A stretch of DNA of 33,592 nt from Squalus acanthias. Lineage: Eukaryota. The notes beneath the pieces were generated by a model, which made no database searches, was not told the origin of the DNA, and worked only from the letters and a program-made list of their open reading frames with translations. The first letter of the stretch is position 1; each line of letters opens with the position of its first letter. The position numbers and the translations under genes were made by a program. Below are positions 1 to 12,000 of this stretch, piece after piece. The stretch lies in NCBI GenBank assembly GCA_030390025.1, contig CM059452.1, positions 16,616,001-16,649,592 on the forward strand. The letters are read 5' to 3'.

Positions 1-3000
1 AGGGGGGGTACAGTGGGTTAATTAATGTCCTGTCCCCTCTCACTGGTTGGGGAGTGGGAGGTACAGTGGGTTAACAATTGCACATTCCCCTCTCTCTGGT
101 GGCGGAGTGGAGTACAGTCGGTTAATTCATGTCCTGTCACCTCTCACTGGTGGGGAAGTGGGGGTACAGTGTGTTAACAATTGCCCTTTCCCCTCTCTCT
201 GGTGGGGGATTGGGGTACAGTGGGTTAACAATTGCCCTTTCCGCTCTCTCTGGTGGGGAAGTAGGGGGTACAGTGGGTTATCAATTGCTCTTTCCCCTCT
301 CTCTGGTGGGGGAGTGGGGGTAGAGTTGCTTAACAATCGCCCTTTCCCCTCTCTCTCGTGGGGGAATGGGGTACAGTGGGTTAACAATTGTCCTTCCCCC
401 TCTCTCTTGTGGGGGAGTGGGGTACAGTGGGTTAACAATTTCCCGTTCCCCTCTCTCTGTTGGGGAGTGGGAATACAGTGGGTTAACAATTGCCCTTCCC
501 CCTCTCTGGTGTAGGAGTGGTGTGCAGTGTTTTAACAATTACACTTTCCCCTCTCTCTGGTGGGGGAGAGGGGATCATTGGGTTAACAGTTGCTCTTTCC
601 TCTCTCTCTGGTGGGGGAGTGGAGTGCAGTAGGTTAACAATTGCCCTTTCTCCTCTCTCTCTTGGGGGAGTGGGGGTACAGTGGGTTAACAATTGCACTT
701 CCCCCTCTCTCTGGTGGGGGAGTGGGGATACGGTGGGTTAACAATTGCCCTCTCCCCTCTCTCTGGCGGGGAGAGGGGGTACAGTTGGTTAACAATTGCC
801 CTTTCCACACACTCTGGTGGGGTGGGTGGGTACAGTGGGTTAACAATTGCCAAATCCCCCTCTCTCTGGCGGTGGAGTGGGGAAACATGGGTTAACAATT
901 GCCCTTTCCCCTTTCTCTGGTGGGGGACTGTTGCTACAGTTGCTTAAGAGTCGACCTTTCCAGTCTCTCTATTGTCGGAGTGGGTTACATTTGGTAAAGA
1001 GTCGACTTTTCCTGTCTCTCTGGTGGGGGAGTGTTGCTACAGTTGGGTAAGAGTCGATCTTTCCAGTCTCTCTGTTGTGGGAGTGGGTTACAGTTGGTTA
1101 ACAATTTCCCTTTCATCTCTCTCTGGTGGGGGAGTGGGGGAACAGTCGGTTAACAATTGCCCTTTCCTCTCTTTCTATGGGTGAGTGGGGATACAGTGGG
1201 TTAACAATTGCTCTTTCCTCTCTTTCTATGGGGGAGTGGGGGTACAGTGGGTTAACAATTGCTCTTTCCCCTCTCTCAGGTGGGGTCTGGGGTTACAGTG
1301 GGTTTACAAATGTCCTTTACAGTCTCTCTGGTGTGGGAGCGGGGGAGCAGTGGTTTAACAATTGGCTTTCCTCTCTCTCTGGTGGGGGACTGGGGGTACA
1401 GTGGGGATACAGTGTGCTAACAATTGCCCTTTCCTCTCTCTCTTGTGGGGGAGTGAAGTACAGTGGGTTAACATTTGTCCTTCCCCCTCTCTCTTGTGGG
1501 GGAGTGCGGTACAGTGGGTTAAAAAATTGCCCTTCCCCCTATCTCTGGTGGGGGAGTGGGGGTACAGTGGGTTAACAATTGCCCTTCCCCATCTCTGGTG
1601 TGGGAGTGGGGGGTACAGTGGGTTATCAATTTCCCTTCCTCTCTCTCTGGTGGGGAGTGGGGATCAGTGTGTTAACAATTGCCCTTTCCCCACTCTCTGG
1701 TGGGGCAGAGGGGGTACAGTGGGTTATCAATTGCCCTTTCCCCTCTCTCTGGTGGGGGAGTGGAGTGCAGTATGTTAACAATTGGCCTTTCCCCTCTCTC
1801 TGGTGGGGAAGTGGGGGTACAGTGGATTAACAATTGCCCTTTCCCCTCTCTCTGGTGGGGGAGTGGGGGGTACATTGTGTTAACAATTGCTCTTTCCTCT
1901 CTCTCTGGTGGGGGAGTGGGGGTACATTGGGTTAACAATTGCCCTTTCCTCTCTTTCTGGTGGGGGAGTGGGGGGTACATTGTGTTAACAATTGCTCTTT
2001 CCTCTCTCTCTGGTGGGGGAGTGGGGGTACAGTGGGTTAATAATTGCCCTTTCCTCTCTTTCTATTGGAGAGTGCGGGTACAGTGGCTTAACAATTGCCC
2101 TTTCCTCTCTTTCTATGGGGGAGTGGGGGTACAGTGGCTTAACAATTGCCCTTTCCTCTCTTTCTGGTGGGGGTCTGGGGTTGCAGTTGGTTAAAAATTG
2201 CCCTTTCCCCTCTCTCTGGTGGGTGTCTGGGGTTACAGTGGTTTTACAATTGTCCTTTACAGTCTCTCTGGCGTGGGAGCGGTGGTGCAGTGGGTTAACA
2301 TTTGGCTTTCCTCTCTCTCTGGTGGGGGAATGTGGGTACAGTGGTTTAACAATTGACAACCCTCTCTCTCTGGCTGGGGAGTGGAGGTACTGTGATTTAA
2401 CTATTGCCCTTGCCTCCCTCTCTGGTGCGGGACTGGGGTTCAGTGGGTTAACAATTGCTCTTTCCCCTTTCTCTGTTGGGGGAGTGTTGCTGCAGTTGGT
2501 TATGTCTCGACCTTTTCAATCTCTCTGTTGTGGGAGTGGCTTACAGTTGGTTAACAATTTCCCTTTCATCTCTCTCTGCTGGGGGAGTGGGGTTACAGTA
2601 GGTTAACAATTGCCCTTTCCCCACTCTCTGGTGGGGGAGTGCGGGCACATTGGGTTACAATTGCCAAATACCACTCTCTCTGGTGGGGGAATGGGGAACA
2701 TTGGTTAACAATTGCCCTTTCTCCATTCTCTGGTGGGGGAGTGTTGCTACATTTGGTTAAGAGTCGACCTTTCCAGTCTCTCTGTTGTTGCAGTGGGTTA
2801 CAGCTGGTTAGGAGTCGACCTTCCAGTCTCTCTGGTGGGGGAGTGTTGCTACAGCTGGGTAAGAGTGGACCTTTCCAGTCTCTCTGTTGTGGGAGTGGTG
2901 TACATTTGGTTAACAATTTCCCTTTCATCTCTCTCTGCTGGGGGAGTGGTGGTACAGTGGGTTAACAATTGCTCTTTCCTGTCTTTCTGGTTGGGGATTG

Positions 3001-6000
3001 GGGCACATGGGTTAACAATCGCCCTTTCCCCTTTCTCTGGTGTGGGAGTGTTTCTACAGTTGGTTAAGAGTCGACCTTTCCAATCTCTCTGTTGTGGGAT
3101 TGGGTTACAGTTGTTTAACAATTTCCATTTCATCTCTTTCTATAGGGTAGTGGGGGTACAGTGGGTTAACAATTGCCATTTCCCCTCTCTCTAGTGGGGG
3201 AGTGGGTGTACAGTGGTTTAACAATTGCCCATTCCCCTCTCTCTGGTGGCGGAGGGGCCTACAGTTGTTTAACAATTGCTGTTGCCCCTCTCTCTGGTGG
3301 GGGAGTGGGTGCACTGTGGGTTAACAGTTGCCCTTTTCTCTCACACTGGTGGGGGAGTGGGAGGTACAGAGTTTTAAAAATTGCCCTTTGCCCTCTCTCT
3401 GGTGGGGAGTGGGGGTACAGCGGTTTAATAATTGCTATTCCCCTCTCTCTGGTGGGGGAGTGGGGGGTACAGCGGTTTAATAATTGCTATTCCCTCTCTC
3501 TGGTGGGGGAGTGGGGGGTACAGCGGTTTAATAATTGCTATTCCCCTCTCTCTGGTGGGGAGTGGGGGGTACAGCGGTTTAATAATTGCTATTCCCCTCT
3601 CTCTGGTGGGGGAGTGGGGGTACAGCGGTTTAATAATTGCTATTCCCCTCTCTCTGGTGGGGGAGTGGGGGGTACAGCGGTTTAATAATTGCTATTCCCC
3701 TCTCTCTGGTGGGGGAGTGGGGGGTACAGCGGTTTAATAATTGCTATTCCCCTCTCTCTGGTGGGGGAGTGGGGGGTACAGCGGTTTAATAATTGCTATT
3801 CCCCTCTCTCTGGTGGGGGAGTGGGGGGTACAGCGGTTTAATAATTGCTATTGCCCTCTCCCTGGTGGGGGAGTGGGGGGTTACAGCGGTTTAATAATTG
3901 CTATTCCCCTCTCTCTGGTGGGGGAGTGGGGGGTACAGCGGTTTAATAATTGCTATTCCCCTGTCTCTGGTGGGGGAGTGGGGGGTACAGCGGTTTAATA
4001 ATTGCTATTCCCCTCTCTCTGGTGGGGGATTGGGGGGTACAGCGGTTTAATAATTGCTATTCCCCTCTCTCTGGTGGGGGAGTGGGGGGTACAGCGGTTT
4101 AATAATTGCTATTCCCCTCTCTCTGGTGGGGGAGTTGGAGGTACAGCGGTTTAATAATTGCTATTCCCCTCTCTCTGGTGGGGGAGTTGGAGGTACAGCG
4201 ATTTAATAATTGCTATTCCCCTCTCTCTGGTGGGGGTGTGGGGAACAGTGGGTTAACAATTTCCCTACTCCTCTCTCCGGTGCGGGAGTTGGGATACAGT
4301 GTGTGAATATTTGCCCTTTCCCCTCTCTCTGGTGGGGGTACAGTGGGCTAACAATTGTCCTTTCCCCTCTCTCTGGTGGGGGAGTTGGAGTTACAGCCGT
4401 TTAACAATTGCCGTTTCCCCTCTCTCTGGTGGCGGAGGGAGAGTGAAGTAGGTTCACAATTGCGCTTGTTCCTCTCTGGTGGGGGAGTGGGGGTACAGTG
4501 GATTAACAATTGCCCTTTCCCCTCTCTCTGTTGGGGGAGTGGCGTTACAGTGGATTAACAATTGCCCATTCCCCTCTCTCTGTTGGGGGAGTGAGGTACA
4601 GTGGGTTAACACTTGCCCTTTCCCCCCTGTCTCTGGTGGTGGAGTGATGTACAGTGGGTTTACAATTGTCCTTCCGCCTCTCTCTGTTGGGGGAGTGAGG
4701 TACGGTAGGTTAACAATTGCTCTTTCCCCTCTCGCTGGTGGGAGTTGTAGTACAGTGGGTTAAAATTGACCTTCCCCGTTTCTCTGGTGGGGGAGTGGGG
4801 TACAGTGGGTTAACAATTGTCCTTCCCACTCTCTCTGATGGGGGAGTGAGTTACAGTGGGTTAACAATGGCCCTTTTCCCTCTCTCTGGTGGGAGAGTGG
4901 GAGATACAGTGGGTTAACAATTGCCCTTTCTCCTCTCTCTGGTGCGGCAGCGGGTACAGTGGGTTAACAACTGCCCATTCCCCTCTCGCTGGTGGCGGAG
5001 GGGGGTACAGTGGGTTCATTGATGTCCTGTCCCCTCTCACTGGTTGGGGAGTGGGAGGTACAGTGGGTTAACAATTGCACATTCCCCTCTCTCTGGTGGC
5101 GGAGTGGAGTACAGTCGGTTAATTCATGTCCTGTCACCTCTCACTGGTGGGGAAGTGGGGGTACAGTGTGTTAACAATTGCCCTTTCCCCTCTCTCTGGT
5201 GGGGGATTGGGGTACAGTGGGTTAACAATTGCCCTTTCCCCTCTCTCTGGTGGGGAAGTAGGGGGTACAGTGGGTTATCAATTGCTCTTTCCCCTCTCTC
5301 TGGTGGGGGAGTGGGGGTAGAGTTGCTTAACAATCGCCCTTTCCCCTCTCTCTCGTGGGGGAATGGGGTACAGTGGGTTAACAATTGTCCTTCCCCCTCT
5401 CTCTTGTGGGGGAGTGGGGTACAGTGGGTTAACAATTTCCCGTTCCCCTCTCTCTGTTGGGGAGTGGGAATACAGTGGGTTAACAATTGCCCTTCCCCCT
5501 CTCTGGTGTAGGAGTGGTGTGCAGTGTTTTAACAATTACACTTTCCCCTCTCTCTGGTGGGGGAGAGGGGATCATTGGGTTAACAGTTGCTCTTTCCTCT
5601 CTCTCTGGTGGGGGAGTGGAGTGCAGTAGGTTAACAATTGCCCTTTCTCCTCTCTCTCTTGGGGGAGTGGGGGTACAGTGGGTTAACAATTGCACTTCCC
5701 CCTCTCTCTGGTGGGGGAGTGGGGATACGGTGGGTTAACAATTGCCCTCTCCCCTCTCTCTGGCGGGGAGAGGGGGTACAGTTGGTTAACAATTGCCCTT
5801 TCCACACACTCTGGTGGGGTGGGTGGGTACAGTGGGTTAACAATTGCCAAATCCCCCTCTCTCTGGCGGTGGAGTGGGGAAACATGGGTTAACAATTGCC
5901 CTTTCCCCTTTCTCTGGTGGGGGACTGTTGCTACAGTTGCTTAAGAGTCGACCTTTCCAGTCTCTCTATTGTCGGAGTGGGTTACATTTGGTAAAGAGTC

Positions 6001-9000
6001 GACTTTTCCTGTCTCTCTGGTGGGGGAGTGTTGCTACAGTTGGGTAAGAGTCGATCTTTCCAGTCTCTCTGTTGTGGGAGTGGGTTACAGTTGGTTAACA
6101 ATTTCCCTTTCATCTCTCTCTGGTGGGGGAGTGGGGGAACAGTCGGTTAACAATTGCCCTTTCCTCTCTTTCTATGGGTGAGTGGGGATACAGTGGGTTA
6201 ACAATTGCTCTTTCCTCTCTTTCTATGGGGGAGTGGGGGTACAGTGGGTTAACAATTGCTCTTTCCCCTCTCTCAGGTGGGGGTCTGGGGTTACAGTGGG
6301 TTTACAAATGTCCTTTACAGTCTCTCTGGTGTGGGAGCGGGGGAGCAGTGGTTTAACAATTGGCTTTCCTCTCTCTCTGGTGGTGGACTGGGGGTACAGT
6401 GGGGATACAGTGTGCTAACAATTGCCCTTTCCTCTCTCTCTTGTGGGGGAGTGAAGTACAGTGGGTTAACATTTGTCCTTCCCCCTCTCTCTTGTGGGGG
6501 AGTGCGGTACAGTGGGTTAAAAAATTGCCCTTCCCCCTATCTCTGGTGGGGGAGTGGGGGTACAGTGGGTTAACAATTGCCCTTCCCCATCTCTGGTGTG
6601 GGAGTGGGGGTACAGTGGGTTATCAATTTCCCTTCCTCTCTCTCTGGTGGAGGAGTGGGGATCAGTGTGTTAACAATTGCCCTTTCCCCACTCTCTGGTG
6701 GGGCAGAGGGGGTACAGTGGGTTATCAATTGCCCTTTCCTCTCTCTCTGGTGGGGGAGTGGAGTGCAGTATGTTAACAATTGGCCTTTCCCCTCTCTCTG
6801 GTGGGGAAGTGGGGGTACAGTGGATTAACAATTGCCCTTTCCCCTCTCTCTGGTGGGGGAGTGGGGGGTACATTGTGTTAACAATTGCTCTTTCCTCTCT
6901 CTCTGGTGGGGGAGTGGGGGTACATTGGGTTAACAATTGCCCTTTCCTCTCTTTCTGGTGGGGGAGTGGGGGGTACATTGTGTTAACAATTGCTCTTTCC
7001 TCTCTCTCTGGTGGGGGAGTGGGGGTACAGTGGGTTAATAATTGCCCTTTCCTCTCTTTCTATGGGGGAGTGCGGGTACAGTGGCTTAACAATTGCCCTT
7101 TCCTCTCTTTCTATGGGGGAGTGGGGGTACAGTGGCTTAACAATTGCCCTTTCCTCTCTTTCTGGTGGGGGTCTGGGGTTGCAGTTGGTTAAAAATTGCC
7201 CTTTCCCCTCTCTCTGGTGGGTGTCTGGGGTTACAGTGGTTTTACAATTGTCCTTTACAGTCTCTCTGGCGTGGGAGCGGTGGTGCAGTGGGTTAACATT
7301 TGGCTTTCCTCTCTCTCTGGTGGGGGAATGTGGGTACAGTGGGTTAACAATTGACAACCCTCTCTCTCTGGCTGGGGAGTGGAGGTACTGTGATTTAACT
7401 ATTGCCCTTGCCTCCCTCTCTGGTGCGGGACTGGGGTTCAGTGGGTTAACAATTGCTCTTTCCCCTTTCTCTGTTGGGGGAGTGTTGCTACAGTTGGTTA
7501 TGTCTCGACCTTTTCAATCTCTCTGTTGTGGGAGTGGGTTACAGTTGGTTAACAATTTCCCTTTCATCTCTCTCTGCTGGGGGAGTGGGGTTACAGTGGT
7601 TAACAATTGCCCTTTCCCCACTCTCTGGTGGGGGAGTGCGGGCACATTGGGTTACAATTGCCAAATACCACTCTCTCTGGTGGGGGAATGGGGAACATTG
7701 GTTAACAATTGCCCTTTCCCCATTCTCTGGTGGGGGAGTGTTGCTACATTTGGTTAAGAGTCGACCTTTCCAGTCTCTCTGTTGTTGCAGTGGGTTACAG
7801 CTGGTTAGGAGTCGACCTTCCAGTCTCTCTGGTGGGGGAGTGTTGCTACAGCTGGGTAAGAGTCGACCTTTCCAGTCTCTCTGTTGTGGGAGTGGTGTAC
7901 ATTTGGTTAACAATTTCCCTTTCATCTCTCTCTGCTGGGGGAGTGGTGGTACAGTGGGTTAACAATTGCTCTTTCCTGTCTTTCTGGTTGGGGATTGGGG
8001 CACATGGGTTAACAATCGCCCTTTCCCCTTTCTCTGGTGTGGGAGTGTTTCTACAGTTGGTTAAGAGTCGACCTTTCCAATCTCTCTGTTGTGGGATTGG
8101 GTTACAGTTGTTTAACAATTTCCATTTCATCTCTTTCTATAGGGTAGTGGGGGTACAGTGGGTTAACAATTGCCCTTTCCCCTCTCTCTAGTGGGGGAGT
8201 GGGTGTACAGTGGTTTAACAATTGCCCATTCCCCTCTCTCTGGTGGCGGAGTGGGCCTACAGTTGTTTAACAATTGCTGTTGCCCCTCTCTCTGGTGGGG
8301 GAGTGGGGGCACAGTGGGTTAACAGTTGCCCTTTTTCTCTCACACTGGCGGGGGAGTGGGAGGTACAGAGTTTAATAATTGCTATTCCCCTCTCTCTGGT
8401 GGGGGAGTGGGGGGTACAGCGGTTTAATAATTGCTATTCCCCTCTCTCTGTTGGGGGAGTGGGGGGTACAGCGGTTTAATAATTGCTATTCCCCTCTCTC
8501 TGGTTGGGGAGTGGGGGGTACAGCGGTTTAATAATAGCTATTCCCCTCTCTCTGGTGGGGGAGTGGGGGGTACAGCAGTTTAATAATTGCTATTCCCCTC
8601 TCCCTGGTGGGGGAGTGGGGGGTACAGTGGTTTAATAATTGCTATTCCCCTCTCCCTGGTGGGGGAGTTGGAGGTACAGCAGTTTAATAATTGCTATTCC
8701 CCTCTCTCTGGTGGGGGAGTGGGGGGTACAGCGGTTTAATAATTGCTATTCCCCTCTCTCTGGTGGGGGAGTGGGGGGTACAGCGGTTTAATAATTGCTA
8801 TTGCCCTCTCTCTGGTTGGGGAGTGGGGGGGTACAGCAGTTTAATAATTGCTATTGCCCTCTCTCTGGTGGGGGAGTGGGGGGTACAGCGGTTTAATAAT
8901 TGCTATCCCCCTCACTCTGGTGGGGCAGTTGGCGGTACAGCGGTTTAATAATTGCTATCCCCCTCACTCTGGTGGGGCAGCTGGCGGTACAGCGGTTTAA

Positions 9001-9050
9001 TAATTGCTATTCTCCTCTCGCTGGTGGGGGAGTTGGAGGTACAGCCGTTT
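1..9050. repeat. Higher-order direct duplication within the 52-bp array, period 4997-4998 bp
   Basis: The ORF track repeats with a constant offset (47/5044, 127/5124, 847/5844, 1679/6677, 2712/7709, 2849/7846) and near-identical translations. Sequence 1-~4200 matches ~4998-~9050 with scattered substitutions. Confidence 0.95.
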
Positions 9051-12000
9051 AATAATTGCCCTTTCCCCTCTCTCTGGTGGGAAAGTTGGAGGTGCAGCCG
9101 TTTAACAATTTCCCTTTCACCTCTCGCTGGTGGTGTGTGGGGATACATTGGGTTAACAACTGCACTTCCCCCACACTCTGGTGGGGAGTGGGGCTAAATT
9201 GGGTTACCAATTGCCCTTTCCCCTCTCTCAGTGTGGGAGTGGAGTACAGTGTGTTAACAATTGCCCTTTCCCCTCTCTCTGGTGGGGGAGAGTGGGATCA
9301 GTGGGTTAACAATTTCCCCTTCTCCTCTCTCTGGTGCGGGACTGGGGGTACAGTGGGTTAACAATTGCCCTTTCTCCTCTCTCTGGTGGGGGAGTGGGAG
9401 GTACAGTGCATTAAAAATTGCCCTTCCCCCTCTCTCTGGTGCGGGACTGGGGGTACAGTGGGTTAACAAATGCCTTTTCTCCTCTCTCTGGTGGGGGAGT
9501 GGGAGGTACAGTGGGTTAACAATTGCCCTTTCTCCTCTCACTGGTGGGGGAGTGGGAGTTACAGTTGGTTAACAATTGCCCTTTCCTCTCTCTCTTTTGG
9601 GGGAGTGGGGGTACAGTGGATTAACAATTGCCCTTTCCTCTCTCTCTGGTGGTGGAGTGCGGGTATAGTGGGTTAACAATTGCCCTTTCATCTCTCTCTC
9701 TTGGAGGAGTGGGGGTACAGTGAGTTAACAATTCTCATTTTCCCTATCTCTGGTGGGGGAATGGGGTACAGTTGGTTAGCAATTACCCTTGCCCCTCTCG
9801 CTGGTGGGGGACTGAGCGTACAGTGGTTTAACAGTCGCCCTTTCCCCTCTCTCTGGTGCGGGAGTTGTGATACAGTGGGTTAACAATTGCCCTTTCCTCT
9901 CTCTAAGGTGTGGGAGTGGGGGTACACTGGGTGAACAATTGTCCTTTCCTCTCTCTCTGGTACGGCAGCGTGTACAATGGGTTAACAATTGCCCTTTCCC
10001 CTCTCTCTGGTGCGGGACTGGGTACAGTGGGGTAACAATTGCACTTTCCGCGCTCTCTGATATGGGCGTTTCGGTACCGTAGGTTAACAATTGCCCTTTC
10101 CGCTCTCTCTGGTGGGGGACTGGGGTACAGTGGGTTTACAATTGCCCTTTCCGCGCTCTCTGATATGGGCGTTTCGGTACCGTAGGTTAACAATTGCCCT
10201 TTCCTCTCTCTCTGGTGTGGGAGTGGGCTACAGTTGGTTAACAATTGCCCTTTCCGCGCTCTCTGATATGGGCGTTTCGGTACCGTAGGTTAACAATTGG
10301 ACTTTCCTCTCTCGCTGCTTGGGGAGCGGGGATTCAGTGGTTTAATAATTGCGCTTTCCCCTCTCTCTGGTGGGGGAGTTGAGTACAGTGTGTTAACAAT
10401 TGCCCTTTCCCCTCTCTCTGGTGGGGAGTGGGGGTACAGGTGGTTAACAGTTGCCCTTTCTCCTCTCTATGGTGGGGGTGTGGGGGTACAGTGGGTTAAC
10501 AATTGCACTTTCCCCTTTCTCTGGTGGAGGATTGCAGGTACAGTTAGTTAACAATTGCCCTTTCCTTTTTCTGCGGTGGGGGAGTGGGGGTTCCGTTGTT
10601 TAACAATTGCCCATTCCATTCTCTCTGGTGGCGGAGGAGGGCTGTAAATTGGTTAACAATTGCCCTTTCCCCTCTCTCTGCTGTGGGAGTGGGGGGTACA
10701 GTGGGTTAACAGTTGCTCTTCCCCCTCTCTCTGGTGGGGGAGTGAGGGTACAGTTGTTAACAATTGTCCTTTCCTCTCTCCAAGGTGGGGGAGTGGGGAT
10801 ACACTAGGTGAACAATTGCCCCTCCCTCGCTCTCTGGTGGGGGAGTGGGATATACAGCTGGTTAACAAGTCCCCTTTCTCCTCTCTCTGGTGGGTGAGTG
10901 TGGTTACAGTGAGTTAACAATTGCCCTTTCCTCTCTCTAAGGTGGTGGAGTGGGGGTACACTAGGTGAACAATTGCCCTTCCCTCTCTCTCTGGTGGGGG
11001 AGTGGGATATACAACTTGTTAACAATTCCCCTTTCTCCTCTCTCTGGTGGGGGACTGGGCTGTACAGCGGGTTAACAATTGCCCGTTTCCCTCTCTCTGG
11101 TGGAGGAGTGGGCGTACAGTGAGTTAACAATTGCCCGTTCTACTCTCGGTTTTGGGGAGTGGGGGTACAGTTAGTTAACAATTGCCCTTTCCCCTCTCTC
11201 TGTTGGGGTGGTTGGTGGAACAGTGGGTTAACAATTGCCCTTTCCCCTCTCTGTGGTGGGGGTGTGGGGGTACATTAGGTTAACAGTTGCCCTTTCCTCT
11301 CTCTCTGGTGGGGGAGTGGGTGTACAGTGGGTTGACAGTTGCACTTTCCCCTCTCTCTGTGCGGGGAGTGGGGGGTGCAGTGGGTTAACAATTGCCCTTT
11401 CCTCTCTCTGTTGGGGAGTGGGTGTACAGTGAGTTAACCATTGCCCTTTCCTCTCTCTGTTGGGGAGTGGGTGTACAGTGGGATAACAATTGCCCTTTCC
11501 CCTCTCTCTGTTGGGGTGTGGGGGTACAGTGGGTTAACAATTGCCCTTCCCCCTCTCTCTTTTGGGGGAGTGGAGGTACAGTGGTTTAACAGTTGCCCAT
11601 TCCTCACTCTCTAGTGGGGGAGTGGGGGTACAGTGGGTTAACATTAGTCCTTTCCCCTATCTCTGGTGGGGGAGTAGCGGTGCATTGGATTAACAATTGC
11701 CCTTACGCCTCTCTCTGGTGGGGAAGTGGGGGTACAGTTGTTTAACAATTGCCCTATCCCCGCTCTCTGGTTGGGGATTGGGGATACAGTGAGGTAAAAA
11801 TTGCCCTTCCCCTCTCTCTGGTGGTGTAATGGGGGTACAATGTGTTAACAATTACCCTTACCCCTCTCGCTGGTGGGGGACTGGGGGTACAGTGGTTTAA
11901 CAGTCGCCCTTTCCCCTCTCTCTGGTGCAGGAGTTGTGATACAGTCGGTTAACAATTGCGCTTTCCTCTCTCTAAGGTGGGGGAGTGGGGGTACACTGGT

